61,568 nucleotides of DNA, filler included, from Sluysia triapertura (GCA_046118255.1; 4 parts of 4 records of this genome joined end to end with filler, not necessarily neighbours in it); one strand, 5' to 3'. Numbered from the whole stretch's first letter, positions 25,716 through 38,064 are shown. Made by a program: numbers and translations. The notes: generated from the letters alone by a model not told the origin.

Positions 25716-28700
25716 TAATATGCGGCTAAAAATGATTACGCTCGGCTCCGCTTAAACTGAAATGTAATTTATATTATCATTTTAATTATTGTCAATTAGA
25801 GTCCACAGAAAGCGTTTCAGAAGAAATATTTTATGTTTACAAAAGTTCACATGAACTTTTAAGAAAAATATAAATATTACAAAGTAGAGCCAAGAATAAG
25901 TCACACAAAAACGTCAATTCACTCGTTGTAGACTTTGAACAAGTAAATACTAAAAAGTATATTTGTATTTCTTTGCGTGATATATTGTTAAGTAATTTAG
26001 ATGATGTAAATGAAGTTACTTTTATTTTAAATATTCAAAAAAACGGGATTTTGTGCGATGATGTTTTTTCAAATAAATTGTCTTCAAGTTATGTTACACT
26101 GAAGGCGGATAAACTAGTTCAAAACAATCAACAATTTCACTACAGTTTTACTCGAGCATGTATTGCTAAGCTTTATGCTTCATGTTTAAATAAAAATGCC
26201 GTGGATTTACCTGAATTTGACGGTGCTGACGGAAATGCACTGTGGGCCAGGTTTCAATAATTTTATGAAGTTGAACATTTTAGCTAGTTTTGATTTTTAT
26301 AACAAAATTCAATTCAAAGTTTGTACTAAGTCTTCAATAAATGGAATTAACTATTCTTGGTTTTTATTTAATTCAATGATTTGTTTTTTAAAGGACCTTA
26401 AGTCCTTCCTTTTTGGTTTTAATAACAGTACTAAATTTTTACCGAATCTAATAACATATTTTAAAAATAATTTCATAATAAAGTTTTTAAAGGATAAACC
26501 ATTGCTTTTATTTGTTGTAACAATTTATATATATATATAGTAGAATTTTATAGTAAAAGCAAGTTGATTATATTGATTATATTGGAAATTGAATAATTAT
26601 TGGTCACAAGAATTTTGTGGAAATATCAAAGACATCAGTACATTTTTACGACACGTATTTAGAATCATAGTGAATGTTTTATTTGGAATGAAATTCAACA
26701 TTTTTATACCATTTTGTTGATTATTGAAGTTAATTAGAATTAATAATTAAAACTCTTGTAAGAAATTTTAAACTTTGTAATTGCAGGTTAAATTTTCATT
26801 AAATTTACCGTTATTTATAAATTTTGACTTTGTGTTGCATAAATTTTTAAGGCATCAAATTAATCGTGAGTTGGTTTTCTTGAAAAACATAACATAGTAA
26901 AGACATAAAGAACTTTTACTCCGATTTTAAAGCAGTATTCTCAAGGTATATGGGACAAGTTTAAAATTATCAATTGTTACATTTTGCCGGAAAATATCAA
27001 TATAAAAAAGTATTATAGAGAAAGATAAATAGTATTATCGTAAAGATAAATTAACATAAAAAGATCGCAAAGTTAAAGTTAAACAATATTGTTAAAAATA
27101 TTAAAAATCAAAAAAATTTTTATATGTTAAATTATTTTTTTATTTGAATATTTAACCAGTTTAGCAAACAAGATCCTAAATGCGATTATATTTTTAAATT
27201 AGTTTTAAGTAAAATTAAACATTAATTACGACAATTTAAATCTATAAATAGTAATCAAAACATTAAATAAAGTTGTATATATATAAAACTAAGGTATCGA
27301 TGCGTGCAACAATTAAACAATTAAATCATAGAAATGTTATATTTAATAATGTTTATTAGCTTAAGTCAATCATGGATCTGATCGTTAGAAATAATGATAT
27401 TTTAAGTATACATAGAAGGGCAAATCAAATGATTGAGAAAAAATTCTACGATTTCTAAAATCTGCTTATTGTTTTTTTATTCATATACAGTGGAAGTTCC
27501 ATCTTGTTTTATAATTCTTGTTAACTTCGGCACTCTTAAAATATAATTAAATGAAAATATGCATTCAACAAAATATATATTGTAGATTAAACCAAAAACC
27601 GAAATCAACGAGCTTTAATCTCTAGAGCGTCGAATATGTTGATAGAATTGTATTCTTACGAATACTTTAACTCAAAAAAATCTTCAATAAATAATATAAT
27701 ATTTTTGCTCCATCAATTCTTTTAATACTTCCGTTTCCATAAACACCTAACATAAGCAAAATTACAACAAACTTACTACACGCATTCACTACAATGCAAA
27801 AACTCATTTTTTTCATTAATATAATATATAAAAGAAATCATTCCTAATAACAATATGTTAAATATTAAATATTGTAATACAAATATTCACCGAAATTCTC
27901 ATTATTGGTGATGTCGACCTTGTTAAATAATACATTACTTGTTTTAGAAAGAATTTTTAATTAAGTTAAAAACCTTAAAAATCAATAATTAAATAATTTT
28001 ACATATTTTTATTAAAAAAGAACCAAAGAATTTTTTTGAATTTGTAAAAATACACAATTTATGTTTTTTATCAATTGATTTTTTCATAATCCTTTAATAT
28101 AAAATCGAGTTTATAGATTTAAATTTTTTTTATTATCTACCAAGTTTAATATAGTAGGTATTTTTGGTGTTGAAAAAAATATATAGTTATACTATTTTTT
28201 AAATTCTTCGTCATTTAGGAATAATAAACGTTGTGTATGTTCTAATATTGATTTCCATACACAAAAATTGATCGGATTCGTGATGTTGTAATTTCAGTGC
28301 CATATAGCAATTATATTTTGATCTGGTGGATTATTCTGAAATCTTTTCATTTGATGCATATTATACAATTTATTCGCATACCATATACCACATACCATAT
28401 ACAATATACAATATACAATATACTTTTTTTCGCTGAAATCCGACATTTAATTTTAAATTTTGTGAATTTGAACAAAAAAATATCAATATTAAGTTTCATA
28501 AAAATGTAATTTATCATGTAGAATTAATTTTTTTGATTAGCTTCCATAATCGTCTGACTTAAATTTAAATGTAATTGTGAATTTATGAAACAAAAGGTAA
28601 GTGAATAGTCATCAAAAAATTAACCTTTTCCAAAAAATTAACATATTAACGCGTTCACTGCCTTAAAAATGCGAGATTTTTTTCTTTGTTTCCAGTAGTA

Positions 28701-28787
28701 ATAAATGTCTTTATTACCAATTAAATTCATTTTATGTAAATTTAATTTTTTTCCTGGTATATTTGCCCATTTATGCCTATCACACGG

Positions 28788-28887
28788 NNNNNNNNNNNNN
28801 NNNNNNNNNNNNNNNNNNNNNNNNNNNNNNNTTAATTAATTAANNNNNNNNNNNNNNNNNNNNNNNNNNNNNNNNNNNNNNNNNNNN
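28788..28887. other. Assembly gap: N44-TTAATTAATTAA-N44
   Basis: Identical 100-bp structure at all three gaps. Confidence 0.97.
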
Positions 28888-29029
28888 CTGACCGGGGATC
28901 GAACCCGGGACCATCGTCTGCGCAGTCCGACTGCTCTACCACTGAGCTATCAGACCCGTCTAACAATTTCATTTTTTTTAATATATTCAATTATACTACT
29001 TGGCACTTTTTCGGCCTTTTACCCCAACA
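28888..29029 (-). repeat. tRNA-containing short repeat, copy truncated by gap
   Basis: Reverse complement matches 32096-32239, covering both the AT-rich leader and the tRNA-like part. Confidence 0.85.
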
Positions 29030-30292
29030 ATAATAAATATTAATAATAATTTTGGCCTACAGCACTTCACTTTTAAAGACTAATTCATGTATTTTATTTT
29101 CTTTAAAATACTACTTCATACTCCTACGGGTCCGCCTACAATAAATGTCTTATAGCGGGAACTCTTACAGGATTTTAATAATATTAATTCTAATTTAAAT
29201 TAATCGGATTCTTTAATGCTTGTTTCTGTAAGTTAGATTAATCCCTGTTACTTTGTTTTAATGTCATTGTTCAATAGTTTATTTGATATTTCGGTTATTA
29301 AATCACGAATAATAAATTATACTTCAATGTCAATCAAAAATTATTAATCGCTTAAAGTAGCAAAAACTCTGATTTTGAATTAACTGAAGCACCAAACGAG
29401 CTATTGGTCCTTTACAAATCAAAATAATTAATTTATGAATTATTATTATAATCACATCAAATCAACACACGAAATAAAATGAAATATACAAAACAATACA
29501 AATGATATTAAGATTCCTAACATTATACAGATTTTAAATAAGTAGCTTTAAACTACCGAAAAATTATGAAATTTTTCAATGGATTTTAGACTTTGCTTTA
29601 ACAAGGAAAACTTATCCTGAATAAACTTACGATAATGAATCATAAAACTCTCTATCGACAAGTATTAATGACCAAATACCGAATATAGGAATATAGGTAG
29701 GGGATACAAAAATAATCAAATACCAAATATCGAAATGACCAAATAAATGAAAAACCAAAGGCCAATTGTATGAATGATTTCGATTATATATTTTTATGGC
29801 TAAACAAAAAATTCGATATAGGTTTTAGTATTTTAGACTTTTAAAGTGTTAAGTCTTCGAATTATCGTGTGAATTTGCGTTTTTAAACACTATTTATACT
29901 AAAATTTACATTATGGGCTCGTTCAGCCGATTACTGCGATCATATTACATTAATAACGACAATCATACACATGAAAATTTTACCACGAAAAAAATAATAA
30001 TACAGTGCATGTTTCACTTACACCATTCCATAACATTACTTCAAATCGCAGAGTTTCATCATCGCATTTCAGCTGTAGTTACAATATCATAAGCAATAAA
30101 GTCATAATCATCTATGGTTAAATTTTAAGTTAATAACAATCCAAGTTTGACAATAAAGATAATCCCCACAGTAATCCTATTAGCTCCACACCTTTATTAT
30201 ATTTTTTGTTTTATTATGCTATATTATATTATGTCAAATTTCCTATTGTATTTATACAATACTTTTACATTTTATTAATAAATTCAAGTAAA

Positions 30293-30797
30293 TGTTAGGT
30301 TGCCATCCAATCCTACAAAATAATTTTAAGATGACATAATAACGCCTTAAAATTATTTAAAACTATTTTAAATCACGAAAAAATTATTTAAAATCATAAA
30401 AAATATTCTAAAATTAATTAAAAAACAATTATTTTCCAAAAGAAATTATTTTTCTAAAAAAGAAAATAAAAATTCTAAAAAAAATTAGCTTCTATAAATA
30501 GCATAGAAGCTTCTAGAATGTTCTAGAACATTCTAGAAAATTTATATACTATAAACAATGATTTCGGTATTATCCGGTTATAAAGTAATAGCTTTTTAAG
30601 AGTATGGTATTATTAGACAAATTCAGAGATAAATTGAGTTTGTTATGCTTATTCTCTGATTACTGACATGATAAACCCGTCTTTATTTGAAGAACTTCTT
30701 ATGGTATTTATAAAACTTTTCTCGTGTGACTTATGTACTACAGTGATAATGTTAAGACTTGACTAAATGGAATAGTCAGCAATGTTAGAATTTAACA
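30293..30797 (+). mobile_element. Probable solo LTR
   Basis: TGTTA...TAACA termini and internal (ttctagaa) repeats. The first about 130 bp recur inverted at about 2045-2178 (...gatggcaacctaaca). No clean TSD. Confidence 0.5.
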
Positions 30798-31573
30798 ATT
30801 AAGATGCTACTTCAGATGATTCCACTAATACTTTGCATAATTCAGTTACAACACTGACGTAGCTACATGAAGGTAAGAAATCGGTTACCAAATGTCTCGC
30901 TGTCAATTAATTATACACTCTTAAAGCGCTTACATTGTTTTGATTAAAATGGGCATGTCGCCCAAAAATAAATTACTATTGGGAAAAAAGTGAAATAAAA
31001 TGTGTAAATTCATTGATTAATTCGATGACAAAAATGTGTGCGGCGGTATAAAAACCAGTAACTTCAATAAAATACTAATTTTGTATAATACGTTGTACAG
31101 TCTTTTCAATAAAACGTTTGTATAATGTGTCCTATTCTTTAGAAGCGAAATTTATTTAACTAAATGTAAAAATGGAAACTATAAATAAGTAATAGTTTAT
31201 TCGTGTTTTATTTAATAGTATTGTTAATTTTGCTGTATACAAATTGTGTCTGTATGAATGTCTAAAATTTTACGATACACATTTTTAATTATCTCAAAAT
31301 ATATATATAAATCGCACATTTTTGTTATAAACGATATTATCTTTTGTACATTGCCAAATACGAGGTAAACTAAAGCTTATTCATTTTACAATATACAACA
31401 GTTAGAATTTTATTCTTATTATTACGGTAAATAATTTTATTAATTATTTTAACAATTAGATAATAATCACAATTTTATAATAAATTGGAAAAAAAATTCA
31501 CAAAATTATAGTATAATTATATGACATATATAGAGATAAAAATATTCAAAACAAAAAAATTTATTGATAATAT

Positions 31574-31763
31574 TTACTCTCTATCTTCATCGTTGTTACT
31601 GTCATTGTCATCATCATCACCATCATCATCATACTCATCAGATTCATCATCTAATTCATCCTCACCTTCATCAGATCCATTGTCTAATTCATCATTCAAA
31701 CAAAATTGAATCAAATATATATTTGAAATTAAATGCAAAATAAAATCTGCAGCATTTTCAGGT
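31574..31763 (-). CDS. Putative terminal exon with a highly acidic tail, parent gene unresolved
   Basis: Acceptor ttcag| at 31764; open frame PENAADFILHLISNIYLIQFCLNDELDNGSDEGEDELDDESDEYDDGDDDDNDSNNDEDRE*. Confidence 0.45.
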
Positions 31764-32095
31764 CTGAATATAAAAAAAAATAAATAAATTTATAGAGATA
31801 AATTTAACTTTATAAAATATTGGAAAAGTATTGTAAAGAATTTATTACTGCTATTTAAATCAGAAATTACAGATGGGCATTCCAAAAGATATCGTAGAAT
31901 GTGCAGCACAGTCATTTATACCAAGGGTAATGTAATGTTTAGTTAGAAAAACTACAATCATTTCTTTGTATTATTAAATCTGATTAGCCCGATAAGAGCG
32001 GATGTTTTGATATTTTACTTGCAATTAAAACGTTTTTAATTATGAATTGGTTTAAAGCGCTATGATTGGTTGAGTAACTATCATATTGTTATGAC

Positions 32096-32268
32096 TGTTG
32101 GGGTAAAAGGCCTTAAAAAAAGTGCCAAGTAGTATATTTGAATATATTTTAAAAAAATGAAATTGTTAGACGGGGCTGATAGCTCAGTGGTAGAGCATCG
32201 ACTGCGCAGACGATGGTCCCGGGTTCGATCCCCGGTCAGTCCATTTTACGAAGTCTAGCACGACAACA
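32096..32268 (+). repeat. About 173-bp repeat with an internal tRNA-like cassette and TGTTG...CAACA termini
   Basis: The 5' boundary (TGTTGGGGTAAAAGGCC) is shared with the inverted copy ending at 29029. The 3' boundary is inferred only from the CAACA inverted terminus. Confidence 0.7.
32173..32243 (+). ncRNA. tRNA-like Pol III cassette (Cys/Tyr-like pseudo-tRNA)
   Basis: Acceptor GGGCTGA/TCAGTCC+A; D arm GCTC-AGTGGTA-GAGC; T arm CCGGG-TTCGATC-CCCGG; TTTT immediately after. The anticodon arm is imperfect, with a 6-nt loop TGCGCA. Confidence 0.7.
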
Positions 32269-33186
32269 CTATTTATAATTGAATATAACTTGTAAACTTG
32301 TGATTGGTTATTGATATATTGAATTATTCAGTATTATTATTTTAATCAATTATTGATTTATTATTATTAATTGATTATTCAAAAAATATTGAATTTAATT
32401 GAAATCAATTGAAATCAATATTGGAATTAATTGATTATTTTTATTAAATGTAAGATATTTTATTATTAAATTTAAATCATTATATTTTAATTAATATTCC
32501 GTAAAATTATTAAATTTAAATCATTAAATTATTGTTTTAAATTAATTCCAAAAAAGAGTATTTAAATCAGCAAATTTTCAATGTTAACACAATTTTCACA
32601 ATAAAGATTTTTTTAACCATTTATACGATTCGTTTTCAATCTAACTGGACAAAATTCAAGAATTGACTTCGATTTAATTTATTCAAAAAATAAAAGTCGT
32701 TTATTGTTTTAAGATCAGTACCGTCAGGTACGTCGTAATATCTACTCAAAATTTTATAACGAATTTTCGGAACTTTTTCATGTTTCTCTTCTAAAATAAA
32801 TTTTAAAAATTATTGAGTGAATTAACTATTTCCAAATTAATTTTTGTAATTTTATTATTTATTACTACAAATTGATTTTTAATATTGTGCTATAATATAC
32901 TTCCGTGTAATTTAGAAGACTTTTGCTTTAATTTTGAAAAAATAAATTAATGCTAAATTATTCTTGAATCATTTTAATAGATTCAACGCAAAATATTTTA
33001 TTTTTCTAAATCTTTTTAATGGATTTAAAAGATTTAAATTAAAAGATTTAACTTAACTCCGAATTATTTTAATGAATTTATTGTAAATTACTTAGTCATA
33101 AGTCATACAAGTAAATTAATAAAATTTCTAAGATTATTGATTTAATTATACTTTTGCATTTGACCCTAGTACGTTGGTGGACTCAC

Positions 33187-33210
33187 TTTAATTATTCTTT
33201 CATTCTGGAG
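33187..33210 (-). CDS. Putative 24-nt microexon (LQNERIIK) of the SOGA/MTCL-like gene
   Basis: ttttgtttag|CTCCAGAATGAAAGAATAATTAAA|gtgagt. Phase 0-0, and open only in the frame left by the preceding exon. Confidence 0.45.
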
Positions 33211-33877
33211 CTAAACAAAAGCGCATTATTATTATTATATTTCTGTTATAAAATCTAATTCTTTGTCTTCTTTCACGATCTTGCATAATTTGACATAATT
33301 GAAAGTAAACTGAATTAAAAGTGTAACATTTGAATGTGTGGAAGTGAGCTTCGGAAATGACTGTAAGTAGCAAGATGCTTGATAAAATTGTCATTATGTA
33401 ATATGTCGAAGGATATGATTTTAACGTTAAAATTTGTCGAATCAAAGGGAAATTTGAATAAATAGAATAGGGAGTATATTTTGAATATAGAATTGTTTTG
33501 ATGATTTATATTATTGTATGATTTAATTGTAACAATGAGTTTCATAAATTTAAATAAATGAAGATAAAAGTATTCCGAGGATTATACAAACAAGTATCGT
33601 AATTTTAGGAAATAAATCCTTAAATTTTTGACACACTAAATAAATAGCAAATTGCCTAAATTATATGTCCTACAATATTATTTTCTTACGAGTTTCAATT
33701 ATAAATCTTTAACAGAGTTTACAATAAAATAAAACAAACATTCCTTTTCGTATTTTGTAACTCAAATTTCCATTTATAACTTAGAGGCTTGATTTGTATC
33801 TTTAATTAATTATATCGAACGTTTCGATGAAATAAACTTTGGATAATTACACCATTGATTACAAGTTAGATGATTAC

Positions 33878-34142
33878 TATTGGGTTGGTGCATACGTTTC
33901 ACAATTCATACTGATCAAGAATAAAAGCCATGCAAAAAATTCCAGATAAGAAAAAGAATTTATTACATCATTAGAAAAAACAAATATCTTAGTCTTAATT
34001 TGCGAGATATTCTCCGACAAATTCTTCAATCCACGTTGCTTCTTCGTTTTCAAATGTGAGACCAGAAAGACAGTTCGACATAGAGCGGAAAAGGTGAAAA
34101 CTTGTTGGGGCTACGTCGAGCAAATAACGCACGAACCCAATA
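33878..34142 (-). mobile_element. Internally deleted mariner element retaining the 3' transposase region
   Basis: TIRs tattgggttggtgcata and gcacgaacccaata. Minus strand LDVAPTSFHLFRSMSNCLSGLTFENEE (compare PDLAPSDYHLFRS). Confidence 0.75.
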
Positions 34143-34603
34143 GTTTCATGTAAAAATTAATTTTAAATATTAAATATGAAAGTACACATTTAATATTGTT
34201 TTCGAAAATGAGAATGAATTTTCTTGATGCATTGCTTTTCGATGACAATTTTCATAGATTATACTGACAATAATGTCAAGTTTGAAAATACTTCCACTTG
34301 CATCTAATACCACTTAATGCAACTAGTTTGGTGACATAGTTATATACAATCGTAATAATAGGTTCAGACACTTATAACATCACTCAAGACAATATATTTG
34401 AATGTAAATGGAAATGAGTCCAAAATCATTCAGAGAACTTGAAAGCCGATATATAAACTATTGCTTTTTATTTAAGGTTTTGTTAATTCTTTAATTTTCT
34501 TTGCCTATCTAAAAAGTTTAATTATACTAGAATACATTAAAAAACAATTTCATATAAATTAGTTTTATTAATAATATTAAATAATTTTATTCAAATAAAT
34601 TAC

Positions 34604-34666
34604 CATAGATCCTGTTTCTGGGATTTGTAAAGCACCACTAGATTCCATCGATTTTAATTTTTCAAT
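34604..34666 (-). CDS. SOGA/MTCL-family gene exon (IEKLKSMESSGALQIPETGSM)
   Basis: attaag| acceptor and |gtaatt donor, phase 0-0. Continues ...SKCRQE-IEKLK in the position of the ELERLKE helix. Confidence 0.65.
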
Positions 34667-34703
34667 CTTAATAATAATAAATAATAATAAATAAATAAAC
34701 AAC

Positions 34704-34877
34704 CTCTTGACGACATTTGGATAACTCTGATTCGAGATTTTTACGTCTCAAATCTGAATCCTTTAATTCTTCTTTCAAATGTTTGTTGTCTTCTTCAAAA
34801 TAAGCGCGTTTTTCGTCAACTAATTCTAATTCACTATTTAATCTCACAGAAACTTCCTTAGCCATTCGTAGCTCTTC
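34704..34877 (-). CDS. SOGA/MTCL-family gene exon
   Basis: ttccag|EELRMAKEVSVRLNSELELVDEKRAYFEEDNKHLKEEL...KCRQE|gttgtt (compare SOGA DLKVAKDVSVRLHHEL..VEEKR). Confidence 0.88.
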
Positions 34878-35094
34878 CTGGAATACAAATTACATTTTAT
34901 TAAATAAAAAAATCAATAATAATATTATTATCTATGGATTTTAATAATAATTAAAATAAGATATTTTGTTTTTCTTATTTTGAAATTCTTTATTTTATTC
35001 TTAAAATTTTTTAGGCCTTTTCGATTTATTTAAACAAATAATAAATTTAAATTGCATTTATTAATTAGAATAATATTACTAAATAAATACTTAC

Positions 35095-35301
35095 TTCTAA
35101 ACCGCGAATTAAATTAACATCACTTTCATTGTACAATTGAGCTTCTAGTCTATTTAACTTTTCTTCCAATGCAGCTCTTTCATTTTCACACTGTTCATAA
35201 CGTCTTTCTGTTTTACGAAGTTTAAATTGAAATATTCGACAATTTTTATTAGACGTTTCTAAATCTCGTTTCAATTCTCTCAATGTGTCAGTATCATCTT
35301 C
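35095..35301 (-). CDS. SOGA/MTCL-family gene exon (conserved coiled coil)
   Basis: ttttag|EDDTDTLRELKRDLETSNKNCRIFQFKLRKTE...LIRGLE|gtaagt (compare SOGA [32 protein letters not shown]...LIRSLE). Confidence 0.9.
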
Positions 35302-36374
35302 CTAAAATTAATTAAAAATATATATTATAATGGTACAACAATGCTTGATTTTCCCATTTAAATAAAAACTTCAGTTATATACTTTGATAAATGTATTTAT
35401 TGGAAAAATAGTGTAAATATTCTTGAAAATGATTTTAAAATAAAAAACACTATAAGTTATTTTAAAATATCTAAAACTATCAGAAAATATTGCACATCCA
35501 AAAATGAAAAATCCACTCAATGAGGAAATTAACAAATAATAATAGATATTAAAAATATTAAGTAATTAATTAATACATAAAGAAAACCGACTATACATTT
35601 ATATTATAAGATACAGAAAAATAAGATGTAAACATTAGAATGAGATCATTTGTGAAATAATGTATTAGTGTTCATTTAGTAAGTAAATTATTATAAATTA
35701 AAATAAATTAAATTATAACATTTAAGCCAAGATTGAACCAAATATTTATTATTTTATCAACATTATTTATTTTTGTTGTGTTTTAGTAAATATTTCATAA
35801 AAACTTAGTTCAAATTACTATGGAGATTTTAGACTCACATTTTCATTTCTAATATCCAGAGACAAGTTAGAAATACGACTTCAGAGATAAAAACTATTTA
35901 TATTAAGAGTTTTTGGATTATATGATATTAGTCAAAATATTGTGACAGTTTAATTAATTAAAGTTATCGATTGAATCGTTTTATTAAGTTTAAAATTGCG
36001 TAAAGTTTTCGAATAATTTTAAAAATGTGAATTTATAAACAGCATATTTAATATTAAATTTTCTATGAACTTAAGAAACTATTAATAACAATTTAAATTT
36101 TTAAAAAATGATTCCTTTTTCGTACATTTACATTTAGTTCTTTTAAACTAAAATTTAATCTAATACTTTGCACGTTGACCTTGATTATTGCACTTTAAGT
36201 AATTGTGATTTTGTACATTTTCATGATACTAATCATGTTAATTATTTATTTAATAAATCGATAGTGTCCACATAAAGTTAACAAAACATATTTAAATAAT
36301 ACAAAAAAGTTCAATAAAAATTTTATTTAAGTTTTAAATTTTATTTAAGAATTATCTATTTAAATCATTTTAGA

Positions 36375-36697
36375 CTAACTTTCACTTTCATTACCCTCAG
36401 TAAAATGGAGTGACAGGTAGATAAAAATGAACATTTCCGGCATTTTTATTTTAATCAACATCTTTTTGGTCAATAATGACATGAATTGAATAATTTTTCG
36501 ACCAAAATCACCAAACTTCCAGAACGGTAGAAGGAAATGATCGATTGTGGCGGAGAATATTTCACCGATTGAGACTGAGATAGTTGGTTTTTCTTATGTT
36601 TTTACATTTTGTTATCTGGAATTTTTTGCATGGTTTTTATTCTTGATCAGTGTATACATTTTTCATAATTGTGAAAAACTTATGCACCAACCCATTA
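36375..36697 (+). mobile_element. Internally deleted mariner element with N- and C-termini fused
   Basis: ME*QVDKNEHFRH (ATG 36405) is followed by ITKLPER*KEMIDCGGEYFTD*. The 3' UTR and TIR aacttatgcaccaacccatta match the 33878 copy in inverted orientation. Confidence 0.75.
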
Positions 36698-37149
36698 CCT
36701 CCACATTATTTTAAATACAAATTATTTTACATACAAAATGATTTCGTTTTATTTGTATTTCTTTATGTAATGATTAAAACGGAAATTTGTCAAATGAAGA
36801 TCAAGAATTACAAAAAAAGTGCAAAAAAATTTAACATTACAAAAAATCGATAATGTACCATATCAATAATTTAATTTTTTTCATTTTTTAATTTCTCCAA
36901 CTTAGTGATTTTTATTGAAATTATAATTTGTTATAATTTCAAGTTTCAAGTTATTTCAAAAAAGTGAAATAGTGTACGCTTCTTTATGACTCATTCGATC
37001 ATAATGAAAGTTGTGTGTGAAAAGTAACTCTCTATTTTAAAATATCTACAATTTAATTCAAATACTGTAATATGTTTCTTAACTTTTGCGTATATCTTAT
37101 TTAATGTATGCCAATTTAATCTATGCTTTAGTTTTCTTTTTAGATCTGT

Positions 37150-37645
37150 TTTGCGAATTTGTTTGAAATTTCAAAACCCTACACCACAGGAACGTGCTCA
37201 GATAGCTACGAAGTTTTGAGATCCATTGTTCAAGTGCAAAAATGGTGGAGAACAATTAAGGGAAAACATGTTCAAATTTACCCAAAGACGATCAAGAATT
37301 ATCTGTGACTGATACCCAAATCCAGAGACCATGAGGTAGTGCAATTTGTTGAAGAGCTGTTCACTCGTAGCCCGCCAAAGTCAATTCGGCAAGCAGCAAG
37401 AGAAAGTGAGTTCTCGTTTCACTGTGTACGTGTATTGCTAAAAAATGAGCTTAATGGCGTGCACTATTGTCAAGCACTCTGCAGAAGACTGCGACATTCG
37501 CAAGAGATTGGCCTGACCTGTAGTGATGAATTCATGAAGTTATGACTTTCATCGAGCAAGAGTTTCTTGTGAAATCAATTGATGCGACTCCTGGTCGACT
37601 TGAGAAACTGGAGGTGAATTAAGGTGCCTGTATTGAATTTTAAAA
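37150..37645 (+). mobile_element. Tc1/mariner-superfamily remnant (DD41D/DD37D-like N-terminus)
   Basis: TPQERAQIA..SIVQVQKWWR, then FTRSPPKSIRQAARES; frameshifted. Confidence 0.6.
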
Positions 37646-37820
37646 AGTCCATGCAATATGTTTCCTTCTCATATTTATTAAACATATAAATTATATTTAA
37701 ATTAAAATAGAAAGTTATTGTTCAATCAAAATAAGCAAAAAGAGTTAAGCAAATTAAATTATAAATTAAAAGCAGCTGTAAATACATTTAGTGTTTTATT
37801 AAACTAAATAGCTAACGTAC

Positions 37821-38064
37821 TTGAAAATGGTCATGCATTTCTTCTATTTCTCTTTGCATTTCTTCTTGTTCTTCTTTCAATATTTCATTTTCTTCCATAA
37901 CTTCTTGACACAGTTGTTCCAGTTCATCTAGTTTGTTTCTTAATTGATTATTCTCGGCCAATACTTCTTCGTGTTCTCCACTGCTGACAATTCCACTAGT
38001 TCCAGATCCATCTATTCCACCTTCACTACTAATTTGATCACTTTCTGGTAATTTTAGTCTTTCT
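37821..38064 (-). CDS. SOGA/MTCL-family gene exon
   Basis: taatag|ERLKLPESDQ...ENEILKEEQEEMQREIEEMHDHFQ|gtacgt. Joins in phase 0 to 35301 (compare ELRAEMEEMRDSYL-EED). Upstream exons were not located. Confidence 0.85.

Noticed and set aside
31521-31709. Ser-rich plus-strand ORF
   Set aside because: Antisense shadow of the acidic minus-strand exon.
31873-31926. Exon-like MGIPKDIVECAAQSFIPR flanked by AG/GT
   Set aside because: Better explained as a Tc1/mariner C-terminal remnant.
32173-32243. Functional tRNA gene
   Set aside because: The anticodon stem is mismatched with a non-7-nt loop, differs between copies, and is embedded in a dispersed repeat.
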